A stretch of DNA of 64,000 nucleotides from Craspedostauros australis (taxonomy: Eukaryota). The notes under the pieces were generated by a model. The model was given only the letters and a program-made list of their open reading frames with translations, ran no database searches and was not told the origin of the DNA. Each line of letters starts with the position of its first letter. Within the stretch, counting starts at the first letter, position 1. Shown here piece after piece: positions 33,600 to 44,443 of the stretch. The stretch lies in contig JALAGF010005680.1 in NCBI GenBank assembly GCA_030167865.1, positions 1 to 64,000 on the forward strand, in the 5' to 3' direction. Both the position numbers and the translations under genes were made by a program.

Positions 33600-35329
33600 T
33601 CACTCCTCTTCTTCAGCAACGTCGTTTGTATCAATCGCTTTGGATGATTTGGTACTCATAGAGCGGACGAAGTCCACCAATGTTTCCCGATCCATGTATG
33701 AATCCACTTTTGCTGTACCCTCATCCTCATCTATAACCTTGTACAGCTCCATCATGGACATACAGCTGTACTCATCATCAATACCATCACTTTCCATTCC
33801 ACCACTGCACAGGACATGAATGTCTCCCAATAGTTGATAGTGTGGAAACAGTTTCTTAAACTCTGGATGACCGAACATATCTTTCTCACTTTCAGCCGCC
33901 ATCCTCATTGCTGCATCCTTCAACACCAAGCAGTTGTGTTGATCGGCGAATATCAACACATCGATCATACTGTCCTCTGTGAGATGCTTGTGGGCTAACT
34001 CCGCTTCAAGAACAAGCTTGAGTCGCCAGAAGCCGAACTTGTTAGCCACAAGGATCAGCTGTTGCAGATCGTCCTGTCCAGTGAGGGTGGGAGTTGACTG
34101 GTGAGAGGCACCTGCATCGTGGTGAGCGCCGGCGTGAGCAGCAGCGTTGTCACGAGCGCTGTCATTGAAGGGTATTTTGCCTGTGTAGATGCCATGGAGG
34201 ACGTCTCGGACGTGTTTTGGTTGAAGGTTGGGAAGAGCGATGGTTACTTGCATGGGGGCCGCGCCGTCTTCGGTGCCATCATTCGCGCGATGATGTTGGA
34301 TTCCTTTGTCAATCAGTGTCTCAATGGATGGGACAGTGATCATGAGGACTTGGGCATTTACCTTGATTGGTTGCCGGTCGTCACCCTGTCCACACAAGAA
34401 GATAGTGTCTACCCTGTTCTCGGTTTAGAAGGATCTCTAAGCCGGTCTTCTCCAATGCTGACGTTGATCCTCTTGTGGCTGCTGTGTTTGTGTTCATTCT
34501 CTTGGCTCTTTCGCTTCAACTACTGTCTCAGCTGTTCTTGTGGTTGTTCATTTGCTTGTTCGTTTTGTTGTAAGTGGTGCTGCAGTTGTTGCAGTTGTGG
34601 GTGAGCTGAAGGCGAAAATCCTCTAATGAGGGACTCCATACACTCCAGGTGGCCGTCGGCGCATGCCACATGAAGGGGAGTGTAACCATCATTGTTTTGG
34701 CAGTTGATGTTTGCCCCACATGATTTGATGAGGTACTCGATACACTCCAGCTCGCCGTTGGAGCATGCCGTATGGAGGGGAGTGTCACCATAGTTGTTTT
34801 GGAAGTTGAAGTTCGCTCCACATGATTCGATGAGGTACTTCACACACTCCAGCTCGCCGTTGGAGCATGCCGTATGGAGGGGAGTGGCACCATAGTTGTT
34901 TTGGCAGTTGAAGTTCGCTCCACATGATTCGATGAGGTACTTCGCACACTCCAGGTGGCCGTTGATGCATGCCAGATAAAGGGGAGTGCGACCATAGTTG
35001 TCTTTGCAGTTGACGTCCGCCCCACCTGATTCGATGAGATACTTCACACACCCCAGGTTGCCACACAAGCATGCCACATGAAAGGGAGTGTCACCATCAT
35101 CGTCTTTGCAGTTGATGTTCGCCCCACATGATTTGATGAGGTACTTCACACACTCCAGCTGGTTGTAAATGCATGCCACATGAAGGGGAGTATGACCAAG
35201 CCAGTCTTTAACCTTGTTGACATCAACTCCTTCATTCTGCGTCTGGTTCTGCTTCCTCCACTCCTTCAACACTGACAAGTCACCTGCCTTGGCAGCATCA
35301 ATGAGTTGTTTGTTCGTAACACTCGGCAT
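33600..35329 (-). CDS. Ankyrin-repeat + BTB protein, copy 2 (interrupted linker: either spliced or pseudogenised)
   Basis: Ankyrin ORF 35329-34520 (N-cap plus six 34-aa repeats) and BTB/BACK ORF 34397-33600, clearly paralogous to copy 1. The linker holds TAG (34522-34520), a 2-nt frame offset and TAA (34427-34425). All are removed by a possible GT-AG intron 34523-34414. Confidence 0.75.
34630..35200 (-). repeat. 102-bp ankyrin-coding tandem repeat array (6 units)
   Basis: Recurring plus-strand unit ...CCACATGATTCGATGAGGTACTTCACACACTCCAG...GCATGCC...GGGGAGTG... with a 102-bp period. Confidence 0.9.
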
Positions 35330-38020
35330 TTTGAGAGTATGGTGGATGGTCGATGGTTGCTGGACGTTGGACGTTGGGCGTTGGACGATTTACGTTGGAT
35401 TGGCTGTCGAGGATGTCTGTGGTCGGAGCTGCCTATGGAAGAGATATCGATGTTTGTGTATGCAACAGCTTGTATTAGTATGAGTATGAGTACCATGCAC
35501 TGTGTGATGAATATGAGTGGCAATTCGATGTCTGTTGTTCGCGCGGTTGAGTATGGGGTTGAGTGGTGTGTGTGTTGTTGTCTTGTTCGCATGGTCTCCT
35601 CCTTCTGTTTGCCTGTGTTTGTCTCCTTCTCTTGATCAAACGCGTCTGGTTCGCGCGGATTGGATCTTTCTGTTCCCATCCATCACGAAAATGCGTGCGA
35701 CCAACAACAAGAAAGAAGCACCGCAACAGAGTTCTCGTTTGGCCACAATCAACGCAACACCAATCCGAAGCAAACAATGTGAAAGTCTTCGGAAACACAG
35801 AGAGCTGTCATCATCACCACCACCGCCACAACCACCACGTGCACCATGACCCACGATTGCTTGCGTCATCGTGGCATCTGCGTGACTGTGGACCCTCATC
35901 CGCCTGCCATCGCAAGCACCAACTTGAGGTGTGAACCAATGCCTCGAACAAAGATGAAGCCACCGATGTGACTGCCTCTGTTGATTGCGACCCACATCGT
36001 TTGGATTTGACTGGTTACCATCCCACCGCATTGCAAGCTCACCATCCGCACGGGCAACAAGAGTCCTCAACATCAAACCAACACCACATTGCATATTGGG
36101 ATGGCTTGGCACCTTCAACAATCAACAGGCGGAGTGATACCGTGGCGCCTCCACTGTTCCTGCCACACGGACCACCAACATGCAACACCATGCGCATTCT
36201 ATCAAGAGGCATGAGTGCCGCCGTCTTGGCTCATGACTTCCAGAGCATCGATGCTCAACCGAGGCGATCGACAGGAACCCCCGCCTCACGAACGAAGTTG
36301 GGAGCACCACAAGGAAGACATGTGGGTATACTGCGCGCATGGGCCATGGATCGCTGACCACGTACTTCTTGTGCTGTATGGAACTCTGTGTCAACCATGA
36401 TCCGCAATACAATACTCGCACTCTGCATGGGGTTGCTTGTTGGTTGGTTGGTTCGTTGGTTTCTTCTTTTGCTCGTCAAGCTCTCTGGTGCTTGGACTGC
36501 GCTAGCTCGTCGGTTCTTGTCTTTCCGCCATGCTGGTACTAGTCGCTTCGAAGATTGGAATGGATGGTGACCCTGGCATTTGTTGCTTCAACGGCGAGTG
36601 ATCACTCCTCCTCGGACTTGATAAGGGTCTCGACTGCAGTTCTGGCACAATGACAGGAGTGCAACTCATGGAGAGATGAGGACAATAGCGTGATGCGGGA
36701 CGGTCGATGGAACCGTGCAGCAACCATGCTCCTCGTGGCTACTCATCATTTCCCTCTGCCTTGCTCGCCATGTGCTCTTCGTAGATCGTCTCTTCCAGAA
36801 ACTTGGATCGGCTGGCATCGACACTGTTGCTTCCAATCTGCTTGGCAGTGTGTGACTTGGAGTGGAGAGTGCTCTGTGTGTGAATCCGGTGGCACGGCGA
36901 CGACCGCACTGCGACGACCGCACGGCTTGTGATAATGCTGCTGCCATGCGTCCTTTGTCTGCGCAACGAACCAACAACGATGCTGATGGCGGAGTGTGGA
37001 TGGAACCACGGGCGTCCTATCTGCTGGTGAATGACATCAGCAACATCCCTGTGTGTGTCGGAATGTGTGTACTCGGATGTGTATGCATCAGTCACACTTG
37101 CTTGCCGCCATCTAGACTATTCGGTGGCGGAATCACGACACAAAACTATGACGTCACAGCGATACCATCACTATACCACGAAGACACCGCGATACTACGA
37201 CGCCAGGATACCGCGATACCAGCGGATACCACAGTATCCATCACACGTGACGTCACATCGAGACCTTAACTACCAGGTCTACAGGAATGAAATATGTTGT
37301 GAATATTCCATCAGATTCGATCAATCATCAGATTCAACAAAACCTGAGAATGGAACAACGACGAGACAACGAGAGAGAAACGACGAAGTTGACGGTCAAG
37401 TCAACATCAACGAGCAACATGAGAGCAATGTGCATGGAGGTGCAAGAGGATTGCACCAAGCAATGAGAGCAAGGAAGGGATGGATCAAGAGAGCATCTTG
37501 ATCATCTCATACCCCACGCTCGCTCACCAACAATCAATAGCAACAACAGTAACAGTAACAGAAACACTTTGACAAAGAGTGTGACTACTACCGATTCTCC
37601 GTGCGCGGAGCCTTCCAACATGTGTGTGTGTGTCCACCGTAGAGAGCGGGCCTGACTTGTCGTACACAAGGCAGAGGCAGCATGGGAGCAGTCTCCAGCC
37701 CTTCAATCTCTTGAAACATCCAGTGCCTTTATCACAGCATTCTATTGCACAAGCAGATATTGTGCCTGCGGTACTGTTCCAAACATACGTAGAGAAGTAC
37801 AGTCTATTCGTAGGTGTATTACATGCAGGGACGTGGGTCTACCACACCTCTATGAGTATGATACGAATACGGAGCGGCCCCTCCATCTCATTCCATACCA
37901 TCGTGTCGTGATGCTCACAGGTAGGAGTTTTGGTGCCATTCATCAAGCGATCGCGGTACTGAGACGCGGTCTTGCTCCTGACCGCTTTCTTTGGTGTGAG
38001 TTGCAGTTGCTTTGTGTCAG

Positions 38021-40064
38021 CTATCTTCTCATGGTAGACAGCATCGCGTGTCGACGATCTGCTTCGTCCACGGCGATTTGATTGAAGGGCCCCGCGTGAT
38101 GACGAACGTTTGTTGCCATGTTGTTGTTTGCCATGCCGTCCATTATCATCTTGCTCATTGATGTGCCGTTCAACGCTGTAATTTCGATATCCTCTTGATC
38201 TGCTTCGTTGTCACGCCGATGATGATCATTCATCGGAGAACTTCCTTCGCTGATCTTCGGCACGTGGTGTCAATTGGCTACAGCCACGTTGATTTGGTCT
38301 TCGCCAACTTCCTCGGGCATGCGTTCGGGGAAGGTGAGCCCTTGCATTGGTGCAAACCAGTACCGGTGGAGTGCGCATTTGAGTTGGATTGGCGTGAACG
38401 TGAGGCTGCGTTCATGTCATCCGAACTGCCAGCTGTTCGTTGTCGCCGTGATGATGGCGATGAGTCCATCGATACTTGCGCAGTTCTTCTGTGGCCGCGA
38501 TCGGATGGGCTTCGACGACTCCGCGACGATGGCGAGCGGCGGCTTCTTCCAGAGGAGCAAGTGTGAATTGCTCCGTCACGACGATGGCGCAATGATGTCG
38601 AATGCTCCACACTCTTTGATCTTGACGATGTTGAATGCAGCTTGCCACTGGTGTGCTGTGCGCTTCTCCGCCGATGTCGTGGCGACGGTGATCTCGATGG
38701 TAATATCAATGATGATGACACGTCTCTTGTTTTGCTGGAGTGGTGACATCGGGGCCCATTGCCAAGCACCTTGGAGATCCTTGCCTTCATCTCATCGCGC
38801 AGAGCACCCGTGCTTCATCCGCGTGAACGTCGTTGCTTTGAGTCTTCGCTTGGACGCAACGAACTGTGTGCGGATCTGTTGCGAGAAGGATCCACCTGGT
38901 CCTTCTTGCTCGATTGGCATTCGATTCCCAAACTCAAGGTTCCAGGACTGGATGAGGCTTGGGGTGCGGCCGAGACACCCCTGTGTTCATGTTCGCGTTC
39001 GAACTGCTGAAGATTGAGTTTGGATTTGGACTGTGATGATGACGGTAGCGACGATGATGACGCCTTTGCGAATGCTTTGGTCAAGGCAAGATCGACCAAT
39101 TGCGATGATCGGGATTCGAGAGATGGCCGCTGCTTCGGTTTGGCAGAATTGGTCGACGACACTTCACGGAATGATGATCGTTTGGCCTTGAGGATACTTT
39201 CCAACGTTGACCTGCACTTGTTCAACGACAAAGACTGTTGTCTCTTTCATGTGTGCGGCTGAAGGGAAAGGGGGCTGATGTAGATGCTGAGCTCCGACCT
39301 TCAGGCGTGACATGGGTCGCGGAGCTTCTCCCACCGTTCATTGCAGCAGCACTTGTCGCAACGCCGACGCTGCCATCGTCGTCGTCTTGGAGACTTGGCA
39401 GATTGATCAGTGACTCCAGGCTCTTGCTGCATGACATCTTCGTTGTCGCAACTCGAGATAGAGTCGGGGTGCTGGCTGCATTCATCGAACCTGGTATGTC
39501 TGATGTGCCTGGTGTGTTGTGTCCGTCCTTCAAAAATTCCAGGGACTTCAAACTTTCGCTCCTCGATTTGTCGCTGCCGGTCATTCCGTTGGAATTCGTT
39601 CTTGGCCTTGGCCTGTGTCTCCGACTCTGGGCAAGCTTCGTCTTGTCTTGGTTGATCCGTTTGCGGGTTGCGCCGAGTGCTGTGGCTGTGGCGAAGCTGA
39701 GTCCACCTGGGGTGTTTGGCGTCTGTATCGATTCGTTGTTGTTGAACTTTCTGGGATCAAGGGAGCTGGATGACATCTCGTGATCTTGCATGTCGAGCAT
39801 CTCCAGACTCTTCACATGTGATCGTTTCACAGCCGAAGCTTTCGCATCTTTGGCTGCACTTCTATTGGCGCTGCTTGGTGTATCTGTGCTGACACTCGCA
39901 CAACCACCTGATTTTGCAGCTGCTTTGGCCTCATTGGCGACGCTGGTGGGCCTGCTCGCCTTCGATTTCGTGTCGGCCTGTTGCGGTTGCTTGGTCTCTG
40001 TTTGTTTCTCCGCTATCAGTCTGACACTGTCCTCTTCCACCAACTTCAATCGTCATGACCTCAT
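38021..40064 (-). pseudogene. Disrupted Ser/Arg/Lys-rich low-complexity protein gene
   Basis: ATG AGG TCA TGA CGA TTG at 40064 (early stop), then a chain of compositionally similar ORFs 40049-39222, 39231-38815, 38790-38278 and 38263-38021 separated by stops or frame changes. Confidence 0.55.
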
Positions 40065-40349
40065 GGCCTCTTGAAGGTTCGAACAGAGTATCAGGCTGGA
40101 CACTTTGCTGTGACAACTCCCAGAGTAGATCGTACTCATGGAAGGTTCCATAGTAATACTCATAGTCGTAGGACGGGTGGGTCAAGGTGCGGAGAAATTG
40201 GCGAGCCTTCCCGCAGTTCCTCTTGGATGTTGATGACTCATCATCTTGTCTGATTGTTGGTGTTGGTGTTGATGGTACCAATGTGAAGGGATGTGGCGCC
40301 GTTGGAGGGGTCGCCATCGCCATCGTCGAACAGAATTGTGTCGCATGAA

Positions 40350-41663
40350 GAGATGCTGGTTTGCGTCATCATCGTCGGTGTCGTCATGAGTGTTGTTGTT
40401 GAAGGATATCTTGCCTGTGTAGATGCATTGGAGGATGTATCGGATGTGTTTTGCTTGAAGGTTGAGAAGAGGGATGGTTGCTTGCATGGGGGCCTCACTG
40501 TCTTTGGTGCCATCATTCGCGTGCTGATGTCGGATTCCGGAGTTGATCAGTGTCTCAATGGATGGGACGGTGATCCTGAGGACTTGGGTGTTTGTCTTGA
40601 TTGGTTGTTGTTGGTCGCCCTGTCCACACAAGAATATGGTGTCTGTCCTGTTCTCGGTTTAGAAGGATCTGAGCTAGTCTTATCCAATGTTGATGTTGGT
40701 CCTCTTGTGGCTGCTGTGTTTGTGTTCATTCTCTTGCTTCTTCCGCTTCAACTGCTGTCTCAACTGTTCTTGTGGTTGTTCATTTGCTTGTTCGTTTTGT
40801 TGTAAGTGGTGCTGCAGTTGTTGCAGTTGTGGGTGAGCTGAAGGCGAAAATCCTCTAATGAGGGACTCCATACACTCCAGGTGGCCGTCGGCGCATGCCA
40901 CATGAAGGGGAGTGTAACCATCATTGTTTTGGCAGTTGATGTTTGCCCCACATGATTTGATGAGGTACTCGATACACTCCAGGTGGCCACGCATGCATGT
41001 GTAATGAAGGGAAGTGTCACCATCATTGTTTTAGCAGTTGAAGTTCGCTCCACATGATTCGATGAGGTACTTCATGCACTCCAGGTGGCCATCAATGCAT
41101 GCGTCATGGAGGGGAGTGTCACCATAGTTGTTTTGGCAGTTGAAGTTCGCTCCACATGATTCGATGAGATACTTCACACACTCCAGCTGGCCGTTGGAGC
41201 ATGCATGATGAAGGGGAGTGTCACCATTGTTGGCTTTGCAGTTGATGTCCGCCTCACATGATTCGAGGAGGGACTCCATACACTCCAGGTGGCCGTTGGA
41301 GCATGCATGATGAAGGGGAGTGGCACCATCGTTGTCTTTGCAGTTGATGTCCGCCCCACCTGATTCGATGAGATACTTCACACACCCCAGGTGGCCATAC
41401 AAGCATGCCACATGAAGGGGAGTGTCACTATCGTCGTCTTTGCAGTTGATGTTCGCCCCACATGATTTGATGAGGTACTTCACACACTCCAGGTGGCCGT
41501 TGGAGCATGCGGCATGAAGGGGAGTATGACCAAACCATCTTGTAACCTTGTTGACATCAACTCTTTCATTCTGCATCTTATTCTGCTTCTTCCATTCCTT
41601 CAACACCGACAAGTTGCCTCTGTTGGCAGCATCAAGGAGTTGTTCGTTCGTAACATTCGGCAT
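40350..41663 (-). pseudogene. Ankyrin-repeat + BTB protein, copy 3 (nonsense codon in the repeat array, BTB truncated)
   Basis: N-cap plus seven repeats, with an in-frame TAA at 41033-41031 where sister repeats have CAA or AAA. The linker has TAA/TAG/TAA. BTB homology to copies 1 and 2 stops at about 40350 (after DDTDDDDANQ). Confidence 0.8.
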
Positions 41664-41930
41664 GTTGAGAGGATGGTTGATGGTTGATGGTTGGTGGTCT
41701 TTTGGTGTTGGATTGGCTGTCGAGGAAGTGTGTGGTCTGAGCTATCTACTATGAGGCAGAGATAATGATCGTGTGTCTTCAATAGCTTGTAGTAGTACGC
41801 GTATCATACACTGTGTGAGGAATGTGAGGAGCAATTCGATGTCTGTTGTTGATGTGCTCGAGTATGGGGTTGAGTAGTGTGTGTTGTTGTGTTTGACAGT
41901 TTTGTTCGGATGGTCTTCTTTCTCTCTCTT
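40350..41930 (-). repeat. Direct segmental duplicate of about 34100-35620, including the upstream non-coding region
   Basis: Shared upstream text such as GTTGGATTGGCTGTCGAGGA..., GCAATTCGATGTCTGTTGTT and GAGTATGGGGTTGAGT at about 35390-35590 and 41705-41880, in addition to coding homology. Confidence 0.85.
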
Positions 41931-42008
41931 TGTGTTTGCTTGTGCTTGTTTGTGCTTGCTTGTGCTTGCTTGTGTTTGTCCGTGTTTGTCCGTGTTTGTC
42001 CGTGTTTG
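41931..42008. repeat. Decamer minisatellite (TGTGCTTGCT / GTGTTTGTCC units)
   Basis: About 7-8 degenerate 10-bp units, directly visible in the sequence. Confidence 0.8.
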
Positions 42009-42437
42009 CCTCCAAGTCACGGGAAAAGCGTTGAAAACGACTTGGAGTGCCATCAACAACCACCATACGCGCCTCTCTATCTGCACGTGGATGTACGAGT
42101 ATCGGCAAACCATGAAGCGATTGCGGGAGGCAGAAGCCTGTGCTGAAGAGGAAGGTGCCACATGTGCGAATGAGAGACTTGACTATGCTCTATTGCGATT
42201 GCTCATGGCAGCAGCAAAGCAGTTCCGGGAGACACAGCAACTGCGCACTCGGGCACGCACCAAGAGACCCCTGGTTGAGTGCAATGTTCTCTCTGGAGTG
42301 CCGACGCCATGCTTCTTGGCACATCGGTCGAACGTGAGAGTTATTTTGCGAGAGCAATGTCTGGCTGCGTCGACGCTGTCCTCGCATCTCGAGGAATCCG
42401 TCATTATGCTCGTATGATAATTTACGAACGACCCCGT

Positions 42438-43922
42438 TCAGTCAAAGCTTATCGTATTTAGCTCCTGTACTGACGACAGCATCACCAATCCGTTCGTCAT
42501 GCTCTCCAACTCGACCTGGTCATCGTACATCCCCAGCGTCGTGTTCTTCAGATGCGCGATTATTGTCGCAAGCGGCAGCGCTTGTTGTCGCTGCACGCTG
42601 TCCCCATTCTCATCCCCGTCGGCAATTGTTCCAAATGCTTTGCCCAAGCGCTGGAACATGATCTGCGATGTGACTTTGAGGCATTCCAACTGCGCATCTT
42701 CTACGATGGGACTGTCGACGATATCCCAAGTTTCATCCTGCATCAATTGCGCATCGCTCTTCTTGCGGGGTGTACATGGATCGTTCACGTCCGCGCGATC
42801 AGTTGCAGTCGCATCATTGGAAAAGCTGCCATTCATTCCATTGGTAATCTCTGCCTCGTCGTCATCCGGCGAGATAAAGAATCGCACGGGGCTTCTGGGA
42901 CGCTTTCCGCGGGACCTCTTGACGTACGTTCCGTAGAGCACTTCATCGATGATGGCCTGCAAGGTCTGCCGCAGGTCGTCCTCGGTCACATTCATCGTCG
43001 ATGGATCCAGCACGTTCCATTCGCCCATGTGGCGCGATACGCTACGCCGAACCGTGACGATCAGCTTGGCGATGCCGGTGTCGAAGAAGACATCGTACGT
43101 CCGAGCCAACATCAAGCGATGCGCCGAGGTGTTGCTATTTCCGATTTCATCGTCTGCGTTGCTGCTGTTGATGCCCATGTCGTTGTTGCCAGTGTGCTCG
43201 TTATCCCGCACTTGCTGCGCCATGTTTCGGGTGTAGAGATGCATCTGCGTCGTGAGCACGAGAAAGAGGCTCATATGCGCAAACATGGTAGCGATCAACC
43301 GCGTGGCTGTTTCCACCTTGATCGTGTCCCACAGATCCTTCTCCAGGTTCTCCAGTTCGCTCTTGCTCTCGTCCGCACCTTCCTCTTTGAGCTTCATCTT
43401 CTTCGCACGGAGCCGCTTCAACGCCTTCGTGGTCTTGGACGTGTTGGTGGATTGCTCGATGGTCATCATCGCTGTCGGGAACAGGTTGAGCGAAGCGTTG
43501 ATGACCTCCTCTTTGCACTTGATGAATTGCGCGCGCTTCAACTTCCACGCGTCCTTGTTGCTCCGCCTGCCATTGTACAATTGCGACGGATCGGCTGCTG
43601 CGACGGCAGTGATGGCGGTGGTGCTGGTTTCTGTCAGCCATCGCACGGAGGATGTCACGGCACCTGCCGTTTGGGAAACCCAATCTTTCAATGGCTTATT
43701 TCGGTCGTTCGCTGTGGCGGTGACGGCAACAGGATCAGCACGCTGGCCTACCTCGTCCGCTTCCGCTTCGCCCCCATCCTGCTCTTCCTCTCCGTCCTCA
43801 AAGACCGCGCTCGCAACACGGTATGCGCCGTACAAGGCAGCAGCCGTCACCAGCGTCCCTCCCACGAACGCCAACCCAAAGGGTCTCTGAGGGATTCGGC
43901 GTCTTGGACGACCAACGTTCAT
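42438..43922 (-). CDS. PEX3: Peroxin-3
   Basis: N-terminal basic stretch plus TM (RPRRR...FVGGTLVTAAALYGAYR) and KDLWDTIKVETATRLIATMFAHMSLFLVLTTQMHLYTR, matching the PEX3 K.LW..LK....TR......Q..L.R motif. C-terminal LPLATII. Confidence 0.85.
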   Translation of the reverse strand: MNVGRPRRRIPQRPFGLAFVGGTLVTAAALYGAYRVASAVFEDGEEEQDGGEAEADEVGQRADPVAVTATANDRNKPLKDWVSQTAGAVTSSVRWLTETSTTAITAVAAADPSQLYNGRRSNKDAWKLKRAQFIKCKEEVINASLNLFPTAMMTIEQSTNTSKTTKALKRLRAKKMKLKEEGADESKSELENLEKDLWDTIKVETATRLIATMFAHMSLFLVLTTQMHLYTRNMAQQVRDNEHTGNNDMGINSSNADDEIGNSNTSAHRLMLARTYDVFFDTGIAKLIVTVRRSVSRHMGEWNVLDPSTMNVTEDDLRQTLQAIIDEVLYGTYVKRSRGKRPRSPVRFFISPDDDEAEITNGMNGSFSNDATATDRADVNDPCTPRKKSDAQLMQDETWDIVDSPIVEDAQLECLKVTSQIMFQRLGKAFGTIADGDENGDSVQRQQALPLATIIAHLKNTTLGMYDDQVELESMTNGLVMLSSVQELNTISFD

Positions 43923-44443
43923 CGTTGCCTGCGTTCGTTACGTTCAATCCCTCTCGAATGTTGACGGACGAGATCATGAGTTGTGCACCACAACGATCCA
44001 CCGAAGCAATCACAACGGTGTCAAGGAAAGAGATCCCCTTCTTCACCACATGAAGGCGAAGCCAAACACCTCCAAACAGGCATTCTGTTGCGCTTGTCGT
44101 TGTTTGTGATGATTCGTTGTTCGGATTTATTGTTTTGGCGCGTTTGTGGGAGTTATGGCAAATTTATGTAAACATCATATATTGACGTTTGCGACTAGAT
44201 CGACCATGTCAGCTCATCACTTGCCACGCGGAAGGCACCCATCCATCTTCGTGTTTCCCAACCAGTCCCCTCACATTTTCCGTCCAACATCGTGGTTGTG
44301 CCAAACGTCGCGACTTGGTTGACAACACAATCCGCAACCCAAGCAGACCGAACACAATAAAACCCAATCCGACATCGACGTGCCAAGCTTTGAAGGCAAC
44401 GCTGGGACAGCGTATCGTGGAGCTCCTCGACTCAGACCGAACC

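Noticed and set aside
35700..37100. Many short overlapping ORFs inside the decayed island
   Set aside because: No coherent reading frame and no transposase, RT or integrase motif could be identified.
34520..41033. TAA/TAG reassigned to Gln (stops at Gln positions in the ankyrin genes)
   Set aside because: Conserved genes here end normally in TAG or TAA (ACOX, RACK1, V-ATPase D, NDUFB7) and have no internal stops, so the standard code applies.
34630..41520. CRISPR-like or DGR-like repeat system
   Set aside because: The repeats are 102-bp in-frame ankyrin-coding units without unique spacers. No cas or reverse transcriptase gene is present, and variation is not obviously adenine-restricted.
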